A stretch of DNA of 64,000 nt. Origin: an uncultured bacterium (GTDB taxonomy: Bacteria > Zixibacteria > MSB-5A5 > JAABVY01 > JAHJOQ01). Made by a program: the position numbers and the translations under genes. Positions 29,975-39,906 of this stretch are shown here, piece by piece (the stretch's first letter is position 1; each line of letters starts with the position of its first letter). The stretch lies in NCBI GenBank assembly GCA_965369655.1, contig CBDUQR010000005.1:1-64000 (forward strand). The letters are read 5' to 3'. The notes under the pieces were generated by a model. The model ran no database searches, was not told where the DNA came from, and saw nothing but the letters and a program-made list of their open reading frames with translations.

Positions 29975-30643
29975 ATGATGAGAAAGGCTGCAATAGTCCT
30001 GACAATTCTCTTCCTGATGTTCGCTTCGCTCGAATGTTCATCGATGAAGAAAAGCCACAAGGGTGCGCTGATCGGCGCAACAGCCGGAGCTGTCATCGGT
30101 GGTGTGATCGGTAAGCAGGCAGGTGATACCGCTGCTGGTGCGATAATCGGCGCAGCAATCGGTGGCGCGGCGGGAGCTTATATTGGTCACTACATGGATA
30201 AACAGGCCGAGGAGATGCAGCGCGATCTCGAGGGCGCAAAGATCGAACGAGTCGGTGAAGGAATCAAGATTACTTTTGGATCGGGGATACTGTTCGATGT
30301 CAACAAGTCGGACTTGAAAGGCGTAGCGCAGACTAATCTTCGCAAGCTCGCGACTATTCTCAACAAGTATGAGGACACGAAGATTCTCGTTGAGGGTCAT
30401 ACCGATGCTACCGGTCCCGATGATTACAATCTGGACCTTTCGATCCGGCGTGCAGAGTCGGTCGCGAATTTTCTGCACAGCTATGACGTCATGGCTGAGC
30501 GATTCGATGTTGTCGGCTATGGCGAGAAGAATCCTGTCGTTTCCAATGACACGGATGATGGCCGAACACTCAATCGCCGTGTCGAGATCGCAATCTTCGC
30601 CAACGACAAGCTGAAGAAAGCCGCAGAGCAGCAGACAGGATAA
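29975..30643 (+). CDS. OmpA-family lipoprotein with a glycine zipper
   Basis: Lipobox-like LEC, Gly-zipper, GHTDATG...NLDLSIRRA, NRRVEI. Confidence 0.92.
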   Translation: MMRKAAIVLTILFLMFASLECSSMKKSHKGALIGATAGAVIGGVIGKQAGDTAAGAIIGAAIGGAAGAYIGHYMDKQAEEMQRDLEGAKIERVGEGIKITFGSGILFDVNKSDLKGVAQTNLRKLATILNKYEDTKILVEGHTDATGPDDYNLDLSIRRAESVANFLHSYDVMAERFDVVGYGEKNPVVSNDTDDGRTLNRRVEIAIFANDKLKKAAEQQTG

Positions 30644-30684
30644 TGGAAACAGGTCAATAGGCAGCAGGCTCGCCAACTTGCTCA

Positions 30685-30772
30685 GTCCTGAATCTGACGA
30701 GGGGGGGGGCGTGACGAATGGAGCGTCAGGCTCCCCTTCGCAGATACTCAGGACAAAGCAAGTGAGCCTGAC
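30685..30772. repeat. Composite palindromic repeat with two CCCTTCG..CTCAGGAC-type modules
   Basis: GTCCTGAATCTGACGAGGGG ... GTCAGGCTC-CCCTTCGCAGATACTCAGGAC-...GAGCCTGAC. Confidence 0.55.
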
Positions 30773-30854
30773 CTGCGGGAGTTGTTTCCGGCTGCGAGCA
30801 GCGACAAACCCCTTGTCTACCTCGCAATGAATTCTTAACTTCGCCCATCGAAAG

Positions 30855-32003
30855 ATGAGTATATCTGAAGCAATAACATTCGAGGTTCATCGGGCGGATT
30901 CATCGACTCGTGCCCGTAACGGTCGAGTACAGGCTGGTCACGGCTTTTTCCGCACGCCTGCGTTTATGCCGGTTGGCACTGCCGGTTCAGTGAAGGCTGT
31001 TTCGGCGGACGATCTCGAACGAATGGGTTTCGAGATCATTCTCGGGAATACATATCATCTTTATCTGCGGCCGGGGACCGAAGTCATTGAGGATGCCGGT
31101 GGACTCCACCGGTTCAACGCGTGGAGTGGTCCTGTCCTGACAGATTCGGGTGGTTACCAGGTGTTCAGCCTCGGCGAATTGAAGAAGATCAAAGACGACG
31201 GCGTAATTTTCAAATCGCATCTCGATGGCTCATCGCATGAGTTCACACCTGAAAAAGTAATCGAGATCGAGCGTATCCTCGGATCGGATATCATCATGCC
31301 ACTCGATTATTGCGTCGAATATCCGACGGATCGCAGCGAGGCATCGCGAGCGGTCAATCTGACTTACGAGTGGTTGAAGCGATCTGTAGATGTATGGACA
31401 CCGCTTTCGAATAGGCAGGCTCTGTTTGGCATTGTCCAGGGATCGACATACAAAGACTTGAGAACTGAGTCTGCCGAGAAGACTCTTGAATTCGATCTGC
31501 CCGGCTATGCGGTCGGTGGGTTGTCTGTCGGTGAGCCGCTCGATTCGATGCTCGAAATCGCTGAGCACACGATTCAGTATCTGCCTGACGACAAGCCCCG
31601 GTATTTCATGGGACTCGGTTCGCCGATCGAGCTTCTTGAAGCGATTGCTCTTGGATATGACATGTTCGATTGTGTCCTGCCGACTCGGAATGCCCGCAAC
31701 GCGACGTTGTTCACGCAGTATGGTCGGATGATAATCAAGGCTGCCCGCTACAAACGCGATTTCCGCCCAATCGACGAGGAATGCGGCTGCCTGACGTGTC
31801 AGCGTTACCATCGAGCGTATCTGCGGCATTTGTTCAATATCGGCGAACCATCGGCGCTGCGCCTCGCGACTATCCACAACCTTCACTTCCTGTCCGATCT
31901 GATGCAGAAATCGCGAGCAGCTATCGAGGCGGGTACATACGGGGAGTTCGTGGAACAATTCAGGAGTCGGTTCGTTTCTCACGAAGGGCAAGAAATCGCT
32001 TGA
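30855..32003 (+). CDS. tgt: tRNA-guanine transglycosylase
   Basis: FMPVGT, GNTYHLYLRPG, TDSGGYQVFSL, DMFDCVLPTR, CxCxxC...H zinc site. Confidence 0.97.
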   Translation: MSISEAITFEVHRADSSTRARNGRVQAGHGFFRTPAFMPVGTAGSVKAVSADDLERMGFEIILGNTYHLYLRPGTEVIEDAGGLHRFNAWSGPVLTDSGGYQVFSLGELKKIKDDGVIFKSHLDGSSHEFTPEKVIEIERILGSDIIMPLDYCVEYPTDRSEASRAVNLTYEWLKRSVDVWTPLSNRQALFGIVQGSTYKDLRTESAEKTLEFDLPGYAVGGLSVGEPLDSMLEIAEHTIQYLPDDKPRYFMGLGSPIELLEAIALGYDMFDCVLPTRNARNATLFTQYGRMIIKAARYKRDFRPIDEECGCLTCQRYHRAYLRHLFNIGEPSALRLATIHNLHFLSDLMQKSRAAIEAGTYGEFVEQFRSRFVSHEGQEIA

Positions 32004-32072
32004 CTTCGGGTGGTTCAAGACGGCTTAATAGACCCAAATGGGAGAGTATCATTCAACTATGGGAGGTTGTTA

Positions 32073-32393
32073 GTGATTGAGTTCTTGACAGGTTTTGCCG
32101 CCAACCCGGAAGGGCAGGGCGGAAACCCGCTCACGCAGATGTTGATCTTCTTCGTGCCGATCATCCTGATAATGTATTTCTTCATGATTCGTCCGCAGAA
32201 GAAGAAACAGAGAGATCATCAGTTGATGATGGCATCTCTGAAGAACGGAGACAAAGTCGTCACTAATAGCGGCATTATGGGCACAATCGTCGGAATTCAT
32301 GACGATCAGAATAAGGTCGTGCTCAAAGTGGCCGATCAAGTAAAGATGGAGTTCGTAAAGAGTTCAATAGCCGGACTCATGGAAAAACAGTAG
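32073..32393 (+). CDS. yajC: Preprotein translocase subunit YajC
   Basis: GGAGG RBS and GTG 32073. YFFMIRPQKKKQ...LKNGDKVVTNSGIMG. Confidence 0.93.
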   Translation: MIEFLTGFAANPEGQGGNPLTQMLIFFVPIILIMYFFMIRPQKKKQRDHQLMMASLKNGDKVVTNSGIMGTIVGIHDDQNKVVLKVADQVKMEFVKSSIAGLMEKQ

Positions 32394-32400
32394 AGTCAGT

Positions 32401-32904
32401 ATGGCTGACAATCATGTTCGGAAATATGGCGACCCGGTCCTGCGGGAGAAGTGCAGGCCGGTAACCATGTTCGATGAAGAGTTGAAAAAGTTTGCGGAGA
32501 AAATGTTCTCCATAATGCGGCCTGCCAATGGCATCGGGTTGGCGGCGCCGCAGGTGGGTGAGACCCGCCGCATGTTTATTGTCGATCTGTCGAAGCAGGA
32601 CTTCGACATGGAACCGATAGTGTTTGTTAACCCCGAAATAGAGAGTACCGAGGGAAAAGCTGTTTTTGAGGAAGGATGTCTGTCATTCCCCGGACTCTAC
32701 CTCGAGATAGAACGCCCGGCCAAAGTTGTCGTCAACTTCCAGGACCTTGACGGCAACCATCAAAGCGTAGAGGCGACCGGGCTTGCTGCTCGTGCGATAC
32801 TGCATGAGTATGATCATCTCGATGGGGTGCTTTTCATCGATCATATTCCAGCCATTGACCGAGAGATGTTAGCCGGCAGACTCAAAAAAATCAAAGTCGG
32901 CTGA
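32401..32904 (+). CDS. def: Peptide deformylase
   Basis: GIGLAAPQVG, EGCLS, HEYDHLDG. Confidence 0.97.
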   Translation: MADNHVRKYGDPVLREKCRPVTMFDEELKKFAEKMFSIMRPANGIGLAAPQVGETRRMFIVDLSKQDFDMEPIVFVNPEIESTEGKAVFEEGCLSFPGLYLEIERPAKVVVNFQDLDGNHQSVEATGLAARAILHEYDHLDGVLFIDHIPAIDREMLAGRLKKIKVG

Positions 32905-32905
32905 G

Positions 32906-33835
32906 ATGCGTCTGATTTTTTTCGGTAACCCAAAATTTGCAGTCCCCAGCCTGGAGCGACTCGCGTCGTCCCATGATGTGGCGTGCGTTGTGACCTCGCC
33001 GGATAAACCGGCAGGACGCGGAAGGAAATTGCGTGTTCCGGATGTCAAGTTAGTGGCCGAGCGGCTTGGGCTGCCTGTTTTGCAGGCAGGAGATTTGAAG
33101 GATTCGTCCTTTCTTGCAGAAATCGCCCGGTATGCAGCGCTGCTCTTTGTTGTGGTCGCTTTCAGGATTCTTCCTCCGGAACTGTTCTCTATCCCGCAGT
33201 TGGGCGCAATAAACTTGCATGCGTCACTCCTGCCGAGATACCGCGGTGCCGCACCCATCAATCGAGCGATAATGGCTGGTGAGACTGAGACAGGCGTCAC
33301 GACCTTTCTGATTAGAAAGAAGGTCGACACGGGAGGAATCCTGCTTCAACGCAGTGAGAAGATTCTCCCGAATGACACGTTTGGCAGCCTGCATGACAGG
33401 CTGAGCGCCATCGGCGCGGATGTTCTTGTCGAAACGGTGAACGGTCTCGAATCCGGTACTCTCAAGCCTGTACCACAGGATTCGATAAACGCGACCAAAG
33501 CTCCAAAACTCAAGCCGGAAGACGGTCGGATCGATTGGTCTCGATCAGCAGAGGAGATAAGGAATCAGGTCAGAAGCCTCTGTCCGATTCCGAGCGCTCA
33601 TACCGATCGTAACGGTGAGAAGTTGAAGATCTTCAGCAGCGAAATCGTCAGATCAGCGCTGCGAGATCACAACCCCGGGGAGATCATACGGAATAACGGT
33701 ATCTCCGGGCTTGTTGTGGCGTGTGGAAAAGGCCTCCTCCGTATTCTGGAGCTTCAGCCCGCAGGCAGGAAACGAATGAACGCCGAGGACTACCTCAGAG
33801 GTTACCCAATCGAGCCGGGTGAGAAGCTTGGCTGA
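32906..33835 (+). CDS. fmt: Methionyl-tRNA formyltransferase
   Basis: PDKPAGRG, NLHASLLPRYRGAAPI, DTG. Confidence 0.96.
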   Translation: MRLIFFGNPKFAVPSLERLASSHDVACVVTSPDKPAGRGRKLRVPDVKLVAERLGLPVLQAGDLKDSSFLAEIARYAALLFVVVAFRILPPELFSIPQLGAINLHASLLPRYRGAAPINRAIMAGETETGVTTFLIRKKVDTGGILLQRSEKILPNDTFGSLHDRLSAIGADVLVETVNGLESGTLKPVPQDSINATKAPKLKPEDGRIDWSRSAEEIRNQVRSLCPIPSAHTDRNGEKLKIFSSEIVRSALRDHNPGEIIRNNGISGLVVACGKGLLRILELQPAGRKRMNAEDYLRGYPIEPGEKLG

Positions 33836-33867
33836 GTCAGACGCTCCTTTGCCGCAAAGGAGTTGAA

Positions 33868-35430
33868 TTGAAACAAGAAATAATCATCAATTGCGATCTG
33901 CACGAGATCCGTATTGCAATCCTGGAGAACGACAAGCTTGTCGAGCTTCTGGTCGAGCGAGCCGGTGAACAACGCAATGTAGGATCGATCCACAAGGGGA
34001 AGGTGACTGCTGTACTCCCCGGCATGCAGGCGGCGTTTCTTGACCTCGGGCTGGAGCGGACCTCGTTCCTTCATATCTCCGACGTCGGAACCGATTCGTC
34101 CGCCAGGAGATACGATTTCGAGGTTGAGGATGACGAGGGTGACGTTGATGCGGATATCATCCGCAAGACGAGCGTGAGGAATCCAATCGAAAACTTGATC
34201 AAGAAGGATCAGGAAATCCTGGTCCAGGTCATCAAGGAGCCACTTGGAGACAAGGGCGCGCGAGTAAGCACTGCTATAAGTATCCCTGGAAGGTACCTCG
34301 TTCTGGTTCCTAACGAGAGGCATATCCGGGTGTCAAGAAGAATTTCCAACTGGGCTGAGCGCAAGCGTCTGCGCAGGCTGTTGTTCGATCTTCGTCCCGA
34401 AGGCTGCGGGCTTATCGTCAGGACCGAGGGGGAGGGCAAGAACGAGAAGGACTTCAAGAAAGATATCAAGCGTCTTACCAAGATTTGGGACCGAATCAGA
34501 AAAACAGCCGACAGGACCTCCGCGCCAAGACTCCTCCACAAGGACGTCTCGATAACAACCAGCATAATCCGCGACTTCTTCACCAATGACACGGAGCGGG
34601 TCGTTGTAGATTCGAGGCAGGACTACAAACAGATAATCTCGTTTGTCAAAATGGTTGCGCCATCTCTCCGCGATAAGGTCGAACTGTACAAAGGGAACAT
34701 CCCGATTTTCGATCTCCATGGAATCGAGGATGAGATCGACAGAACATTGAACAGGAAGGTCTGGATCAGGAAAGGATCGTTCATCTGCATCGATCAGACC
34801 GAGGCATTGTGGGCTATAGACGTCAACACCGGTCGGTTCGTCGGGAAAAAGAGTCAGGAAGATACAATTCTCCAGACGAATCTCGATGCCGCGCGTGAAA
34901 TTGCGAGGCAGATAAGACTGAGAGACCTTGGCGGGCTGATAATCATAGATTTCATCGATATGTACAGACGTGAGAACAGAAAGAGACTTTTCGAGGATTT
35001 CAAGTTGCATTTCAGGAATGATCGAGCCAAAAACGCGATAAGCCCTGTATCCGACTACGGCCTTATCGAGATGACGCGCCAGCGGACGCGGCCGTCATTG
35101 ATCCAGACTTTCTCCGTGCCATGTCCGACATGCCGGGGATTCGGGCGGGTGCTCTCACATGAAACCATCGCCACGAAAATCGAACGCTGGTTCCAGCGTG
35201 CTAAGGCAGCGGCGAGAACGAGGAAATTTGAGCTTGTAGTGCATCCTGACATCGCGAAATATATTACCGATCCGGAGACAGAAATCCTGCGCAGGTTTTC
35301 CAGACGACTAAGGTTCAAAATCCAGCTTGCCGAGGACAGTACCCTCTCGCCTGAGAATTACAAGGTCATCTCGCTCGATGACAATCTCGAAGTAACCGAT
35401 CTGTACAAGACGAAGGCAGAAATAAAATAG
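33868..35430 (+). CDS. rng: Ribonuclease E/G
   Basis: S1 domain, LVQVIKEP..KGAR, IDVNTG, LRDLGGLIIIDFIDM, CPTC. Confidence 0.94.
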   Translation: MKQEIIINCDLHEIRIAILENDKLVELLVERAGEQRNVGSIHKGKVTAVLPGMQAAFLDLGLERTSFLHISDVGTDSSARRYDFEVEDDEGDVDADIIRKTSVRNPIENLIKKDQEILVQVIKEPLGDKGARVSTAISIPGRYLVLVPNERHIRVSRRISNWAERKRLRRLLFDLRPEGCGLIVRTEGEGKNEKDFKKDIKRLTKIWDRIRKTADRTSAPRLLHKDVSITTSIIRDFFTNDTERVVVDSRQDYKQIISFVKMVAPSLRDKVELYKGNIPIFDLHGIEDEIDRTLNRKVWIRKGSFICIDQTEALWAIDVNTGRFVGKKSQEDTILQTNLDAAREIARQIRLRDLGGLIIIDFIDMYRRENRKRLFEDFKLHFRNDRAKNAISPVSDYGLIEMTRQRTRPSLIQTFSVPCPTCRGFGRVLSHETIATKIERWFQRAKAAARTRKFELVVHPDIAKYITDPETEILRRFSRRLRFKIQLAEDSTLSPENYKVISLDDNLEVTDLYKTKAEIK

Positions 35431-35514
35431 CCCCGTTCATGACAGTACAAGTTGAGAATCGGAAGTGATGCTACCCGTGCAGCGCTTTCATGGCAAACGG
35501 AAATAGTCGTTCTT

Positions 35515-36318
35515 TCACCCAAGATCAATGTGTCTTGATCCGTCTGGAATCGACACGCCTGCCAAGCTTGGTAGACTGCATTCAGAACTCAGGAACTCTG
35601 GAATGGTTAGGTCCGCATAACCATGAGCAGCAAGCAATAACTCCGTTCCCAACGCTGATGGACGAATTACTATGCCATCGGTCTCTACTGTATAATGTAC
35701 CTTTCGGAGACTATCAGGATTGCCAATGAAGAAATTGTCATCGATTAGCCCCTCCTTGTTCAATCCAAACATCACATGTGGCCAAATGAGGTCTGGGTTT
35801 TCGTCCGCTGAGACACTGAGTGCTTCCATAAAAATTCGCACAGGTACGAAGGTCTGCATCTTGTCTCTGTGTTCCGGAGAAGTAGCAGACAGATTTTGCC
35901 CGTCATAAAGCGTTTTGAAGATGGAATAGAATATGAAATGGGAGTGAATCTGGTAGGTTGTCATTCTGGAGATCAGCGAAATGAGTGCGGTTGCCCTGTC
36001 ATCTCTCGGCACAAGACTTCTTGAAGAAGCCAGAATACCTCCGAAGTACTCAGCTGACAACTCATCGTCGCAGAATGGAGCCTCCTGCAATATCCCCTTC
36101 AGAACTCTTGGTGGTACCGTGCCGGGCTGATCGATCCTCTCCCCTAACTTGTTGGCCGCTTTCTTAAACACGACACCTACATTATTAACGGACTTCTGCG
36201 TCCAGTCCCGAATACCCTGCCCGAGATAGTCAGCCGTAGGGCCAAGTATTTTCTCGATGATTTTGACTGATCCGAGTGCGGAACCTAATACGGTAAGGCC
36301 TGTCCCAACATCTGTCAA
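35515..36318 (-). CDS. Hypothetical protein, weakly Abi-alpha/DUF4393-like
   Basis: 267-aa ORF with LSAEYFGGILASS...LISRMT. Solitary and more AT-rich than its neighbours. The start codon is uncertain (TTG). Confidence 0.55.
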   Translation of the reverse strand: MTDVGTGLTVLGSALGSVKIIEKILGPTADYLGQGIRDWTQKSVNNVGVVFKKAANKLGERIDQPGTVPPRVLKGILQEAPFCDDELSAEYFGGILASSRSLVPRDDRATALISLISRMTTYQIHSHFIFYSIFKTLYDGQNLSATSPEHRDKMQTFVPVRIFMEALSVSADENPDLIWPHVMFGLNKEGLIDDNFFIGNPDSLRKVHYTVETDGIVIRPSALGTELLLAAHGYADLTIPEFLSSECSLPSLAGVSIPDGSRHIDLG

Positions 36319-36376
36319 TTCATGTGTCCTTATGCAAGATCAGCTTAGTTCACGGAAGCAAATACTATCATCGTGA

Positions 36377-38188
36377 TCAATACGTTCCGTAAAGTTCTTC
36401 GCGGTAGTCTTTGATTTCGTGCTGCTCCTGTATTGTCCTGAACCAGGCCTGGTATGCCCTCTGGCGACCCTCGCCGGTCATCCGCTGCATGATGCTGTCC
36501 TGTGCGCTCGTGAATGCCTCGAGATTCGGCGCCTGTCGTTCGAGGAGTCTGAGGACCGCGGCTCCCTTGCCTGTCATGATCGGTTCGGAGAGTGGACTCT
36601 CCTCGGTGAGTCGAAATGCCCTGCCTAAAAAGTACGGATCTCTCCCGAGCTTCCTGACCGGATTCTTTCTCGATATCATATTCGTAGTGTAGAATTCCGC
36701 GCCGATATCTTCGGCGACCTGTTCGAGGCTCTTGTCGCCGAGCACCAGGTCGTGAATCTGTTTTGCCTTCTCGAACGCCCTGTCAAAGAGAAGTTTCTGA
36801 CGGAGGTCGGAGTTTGCCCGCCCGTAGCTCTCTTCAATACTGCGTATGCTGGCCTGCTTGTATCCGGCCACCTGCACTACCAGGAATCGCCCCGCTTCTT
36901 CGATGGGCGTTGATAATTCATCGACATCGTGGGAGAATGCGAAAATGTTGGAATTGACGGACTGTCCGATCCCACCGCAGTATGTACCTTCCGTGAAATC
37001 ACCGCTGTTGAGAACCTCGAATCCGAGATTTTTCGCCGCAGTTTCAAAACCAACGTTGCCGGCTTCTTCGATCAGGCTCTGCGCCGCATTGGACAGATCG
37101 GTGATAGTCTGTCCCGATGGCTTGAACTTCATGAGTATATGGCTCGCGTGGATTTCTTTCTTGCCGTCGTCGGTTTCCCGCTCGCCGGTTTTGAGAATTA
37201 TATGCCAGCCGAATTGTGTCTTCACAGGTTCGGACAGGTCTCCCGAATCCGCCAGCGCAAACGCAGCCTCTTCAAACTCCTGGACCATTGCGCCTTTGCC
37301 GAACCATCCGAGGTCTCCGCCATTCTGGGCTGAGCCGTCCTCGGAGATATTCTGTGCAAGCAGTGCGAAATCGGAGCCATCTTTAAGTTCATCTAAGATG
37401 CTCTGGATGTCTTCTCTGAGCGCAAGACTGTCGCTCTCGGTCGGCTCTTTTTTGAACTCGACATAGTTCAGCGACGCCTCGGCGCCTTTATAGTATCTGT
37501 CCTGATGACTATTGTAATACTCGATGACATCCGAACTGTCGTTGACAATCTCAGGATCATCCTGTTGATCAGCCAGGATCAGCGCGTATTCGAGTTTGAT
37601 CTGTTCGTTCTTGTCGATGAATTCCTCTTTGACGTCCTCGCTGGTTACTCGACCGCCCGTTACCGCTATCTCCTGCAGCTTGAGGGTCACGAGATCATTT
37701 CGCGATAAGGCTTCGAGTTCAACCCAGAACTGCTCGAACCGCGGATCCTGCATTGTCGAGAGATATTTCTGGTAGTCGAATGTGCCCTGCTCAGTCTGGA
37801 ATTCGGGATGCTGCTGGATAAACTGAGGCGGAAATCTTTTCATGTGCTCGGCCAGTTCGACATTCGTGAGGGTCAGCCCGAGTCTCTCGTAGATGTGTCT
37901 GTTCACGATGTCGGTGACCAGGTCTACCCATGCGCGGTTGCGGATTTCCAGCATCTCATCGGAGCTGATCTCCCGCTGTGAGGAACGGGACGCCTGCTGG
38001 TAGTAGTTGTCCACGATCCTGGAATATATCTGGTAATCGATTTCTTCACCGTCAATTTCGCCGATGATGCCTTTTTGTCCCTTCGGTCTATTGACATCGG
38101 CGCCCCAGGCGAATATGATCGTGCCGACGAACGCCGCGATAACGATGTATAAGAAGGCTTTACTGAACTTACGAAATTCCTGTAACAT
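36377..38188 (-). CDS. ppiD: PpiD/SurA-family parvulin peptidyl-prolyl isomerase chaperone
   Basis: N-terminal TM, SurA_N domain, FALLAQNISEDGSAQNGGDLGWF...VKTQFGWHII. Confidence 0.9.
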   Translation of the reverse strand: MLQEFRKFSKAFLYIVIAAFVGTIIFAWGADVNRPKGQKGIIGEIDGEEIDYQIYSRIVDNYYQQASRSSQREISSDEMLEIRNRAWVDLVTDIVNRHIYERLGLTLTNVELAEHMKRFPPQFIQQHPEFQTEQGTFDYQKYLSTMQDPRFEQFWVELEALSRNDLVTLKLQEIAVTGGRVTSEDVKEEFIDKNEQIKLEYALILADQQDDPEIVNDSSDVIEYYNSHQDRYYKGAEASLNYVEFKKEPTESDSLALREDIQSILDELKDGSDFALLAQNISEDGSAQNGGDLGWFGKGAMVQEFEEAAFALADSGDLSEPVKTQFGWHIILKTGERETDDGKKEIHASHILMKFKPSGQTITDLSNAAQSLIEEAGNVGFETAAKNLGFEVLNSGDFTEGTYCGGIGQSVNSNIFAFSHDVDELSTPIEEAGRFLVVQVAGYKQASIRSIEESYGRANSDLRQKLLFDRAFEKAKQIHDLVLGDKSLEQVAEDIGAEFYTTNMISRKNPVRKLGRDPYFLGRAFRLTEESPLSEPIMTGKGAAVLRLLERQAPNLEAFTSAQDSIMQRMTGEGRQRAYQAWFRTIQEQHEIKDYREELYGTY

Positions 38189-38314
38189 ATTTCCGCCAAT
38201 TCCTATCTAAGTTAAGAGCATCAAGAAAATCACAATTGGTAAATATAGGTATAGTATCGGCAGAATCGCAAGCTTTTTTTGGCTATTCCGCGGTCGTGTG
38301 GGCTTGGGGTTCCT

Positions 38315-38395
38315 GTCATTCCGGTGTAAACCCTTCGCTCTGCTCAGGACCCGCCGGAATCCATCTTTCCGTGCTCGTCGGAGCTGTGGCCCGAC
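38315..38395. repeat. GTCATTCCGG...GCCGGAATCC palindrome with an inserted module, followed by a CGTCGGAGC..CCGACG hairpin
   Basis: The same motifs recur at about 14417-14460. Confidence 0.55.
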
Positions 38396-38759
38396 GAAAT
38401 GCGCAGAGGCACACTGAGAGCTGTGAGAAAACCGAGTGGCAGGACCGCTCCGCTGCCCTACTCGACTACTCGATTCCGCCTTCAGTGATTCCAGCATGGA
38501 CAGAAGATGGCTACTCGACTAATTGCAAACGATTACATCTTTTTTCTGAGATTAGTCAGAGATTTGTGTTGACACAGCTCTTGCACCTGAGTTACATTTA
38601 TATTGAGAGTTAAGATGTGCATGAAGAGCACAGTCTTTCTGGCTTGATAGAATGCCCGTTTATTGCGGGTATTGAGTAATGGTGTGCTGGATTGGCCGGG
38701 CAGGCTGTAACAGTTTAGAAAGAAAAAGAATCTTTCAATAAAGCAGCGGGAGGTATTAG

Positions 38760-39677
38760 ATGAAATTTGCGGAATTATTTGCAATTTGGATGGTATTGGC
38801 GGTTTTTTTCGCCGTACCTGCTTTTGCGCAGGATACTGGCGTACTTGACACATGCCGATGGATACCTGACGACACGACTTGGACGATCGATTCCCTGGGA
38901 GATTCGCTCTTCTCGATCGAGCTCTTCGGCTGGACGGACCAGAGTATGACAGCTCTTTCACTCGGTTTCAAGATCCCGACGAGTTCCGGTGGCGGCACTG
39001 GCCATGATGACTCACTGATAGTGGTTGACACATTTATTTACACTATGTCGACGAGCATGCCAGTACCATGGGGCTGGAGTGCGGTGGATTCAGCGCGCTT
39101 CGCAAATGCTAATATACGGCACAGCGAGTTCAATGGCTGCCTGCTCGGACGGATCTATCCGACCTTTCCTCCGAGTACGTCATCGAAAATTGGCGATTTC
39201 ATAATCAAGATTCCTGATCCCACCGTGCTGCCGAATGAATTCGACATAACTATCGACTCGGTCTTTTTCCCGCCTGCTGGGTCTTTCAAGTTCTCTCCTT
39301 CTGTAGGTTTAGGCTACGCGCCGCAATATGTAGGCGCGACAATTCATGTCATCATTAATATCAATGATGCCGATGATAACTTTGGTGAGATTAAACCTGA
39401 GTCGTACAACCTCAATCAGAACACTCCGAATCCGTTCAACCCATCGACCACAATCAGCTTCTATAACGAAGCGAAAGGTCATGTCAATCTGGCCATCTAT
39501 AACCTGCTTGGTCAGAAGGTCAAGACGCTCATCGACTGGGAGATGGCGTCTGGACCGCAAGATGTGCTGTGGGATGGTACCGACAATAACGGCGAGAACG
39601 TTTCAAGCGGTATTTATTTCTACAGGCTTTCTGCCGGAGAATTCTACGATATCAAGAAGATGATGCTTCTGAAGTAA
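38760..39677 (+). CDS. Secreted protein with a cohesin-like beta-sandwich and a FlgD-Ig/T9SS-like C-terminal tail
   Basis: Signal peptide and C-terminal LNQNTPNPFNPSTTI...IYNLLGQKVKTL...WDGTD..G..VSSGIYFYRL...KKMMLLK. The cohesin call is tentative. Confidence 0.8.
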   Translation: MKFAELFAIWMVLAVFFAVPAFAQDTGVLDTCRWIPDDTTWTIDSLGDSLFSIELFGWTDQSMTALSLGFKIPTSSGGGTGHDDSLIVVDTFIYTMSTSMPVPWGWSAVDSARFANANIRHSEFNGCLLGRIYPTFPPSTSSKIGDFIIKIPDPTVLPNEFDITIDSVFFPPAGSFKFSPSVGLGYAPQYVGATIHVIININDADDNFGEIKPESYNLNQNTPNPFNPSTTISFYNEAKGHVNLAIYNLLGQKVKTLIDWEMASGPQDVLWDGTDNNGENVSSGIYFYRLSAGEFYDIKKMMLLK

Positions 39678-39743
39678 TCATCGTAATGATACGCGATTCA
39701 AGCCCCCTTCGTTTGAAGGGGGCTTTTTTGTGTCCGCCATGGC
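39384..39743 (+). repeat. Near-identical repeat, copy 1 (C-terminal tail plus terminator)
   Basis: Matches 40861-41220 with only scattered, mostly synonymous differences. Confidence 0.9.
39700..39729 (+). terminator. Rho-independent terminator
   Basis: AAGCCCCCTTC-GTTT-GAAGGGGGCTT-TTTT. Confidence 0.9.
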
Positions 39744-39906
39744 GTGATGTGCCAAATAGACAGGGCACGATTCGATCAGCGAGTGCGACCTCTTAACTAA
39801 TATTGGATCAATGGGTTATGACGCAGCATCTCGTCAAGCACACGAAATCTGTTGACTTATGTTGGGCCATTCTGTAAGTTTCTGGTAATGCAGTAGGAGG
39901 TAACTG

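Noticed and set aside
38230..38520. Structured ncRNA or riboswitch upstream of ppiD
   Set aside because: The hairpins are explained by repeat families seen elsewhere in the window, and no recognisable tRNA, tmRNA, RNase P, SRP or riboswitch motif is present.
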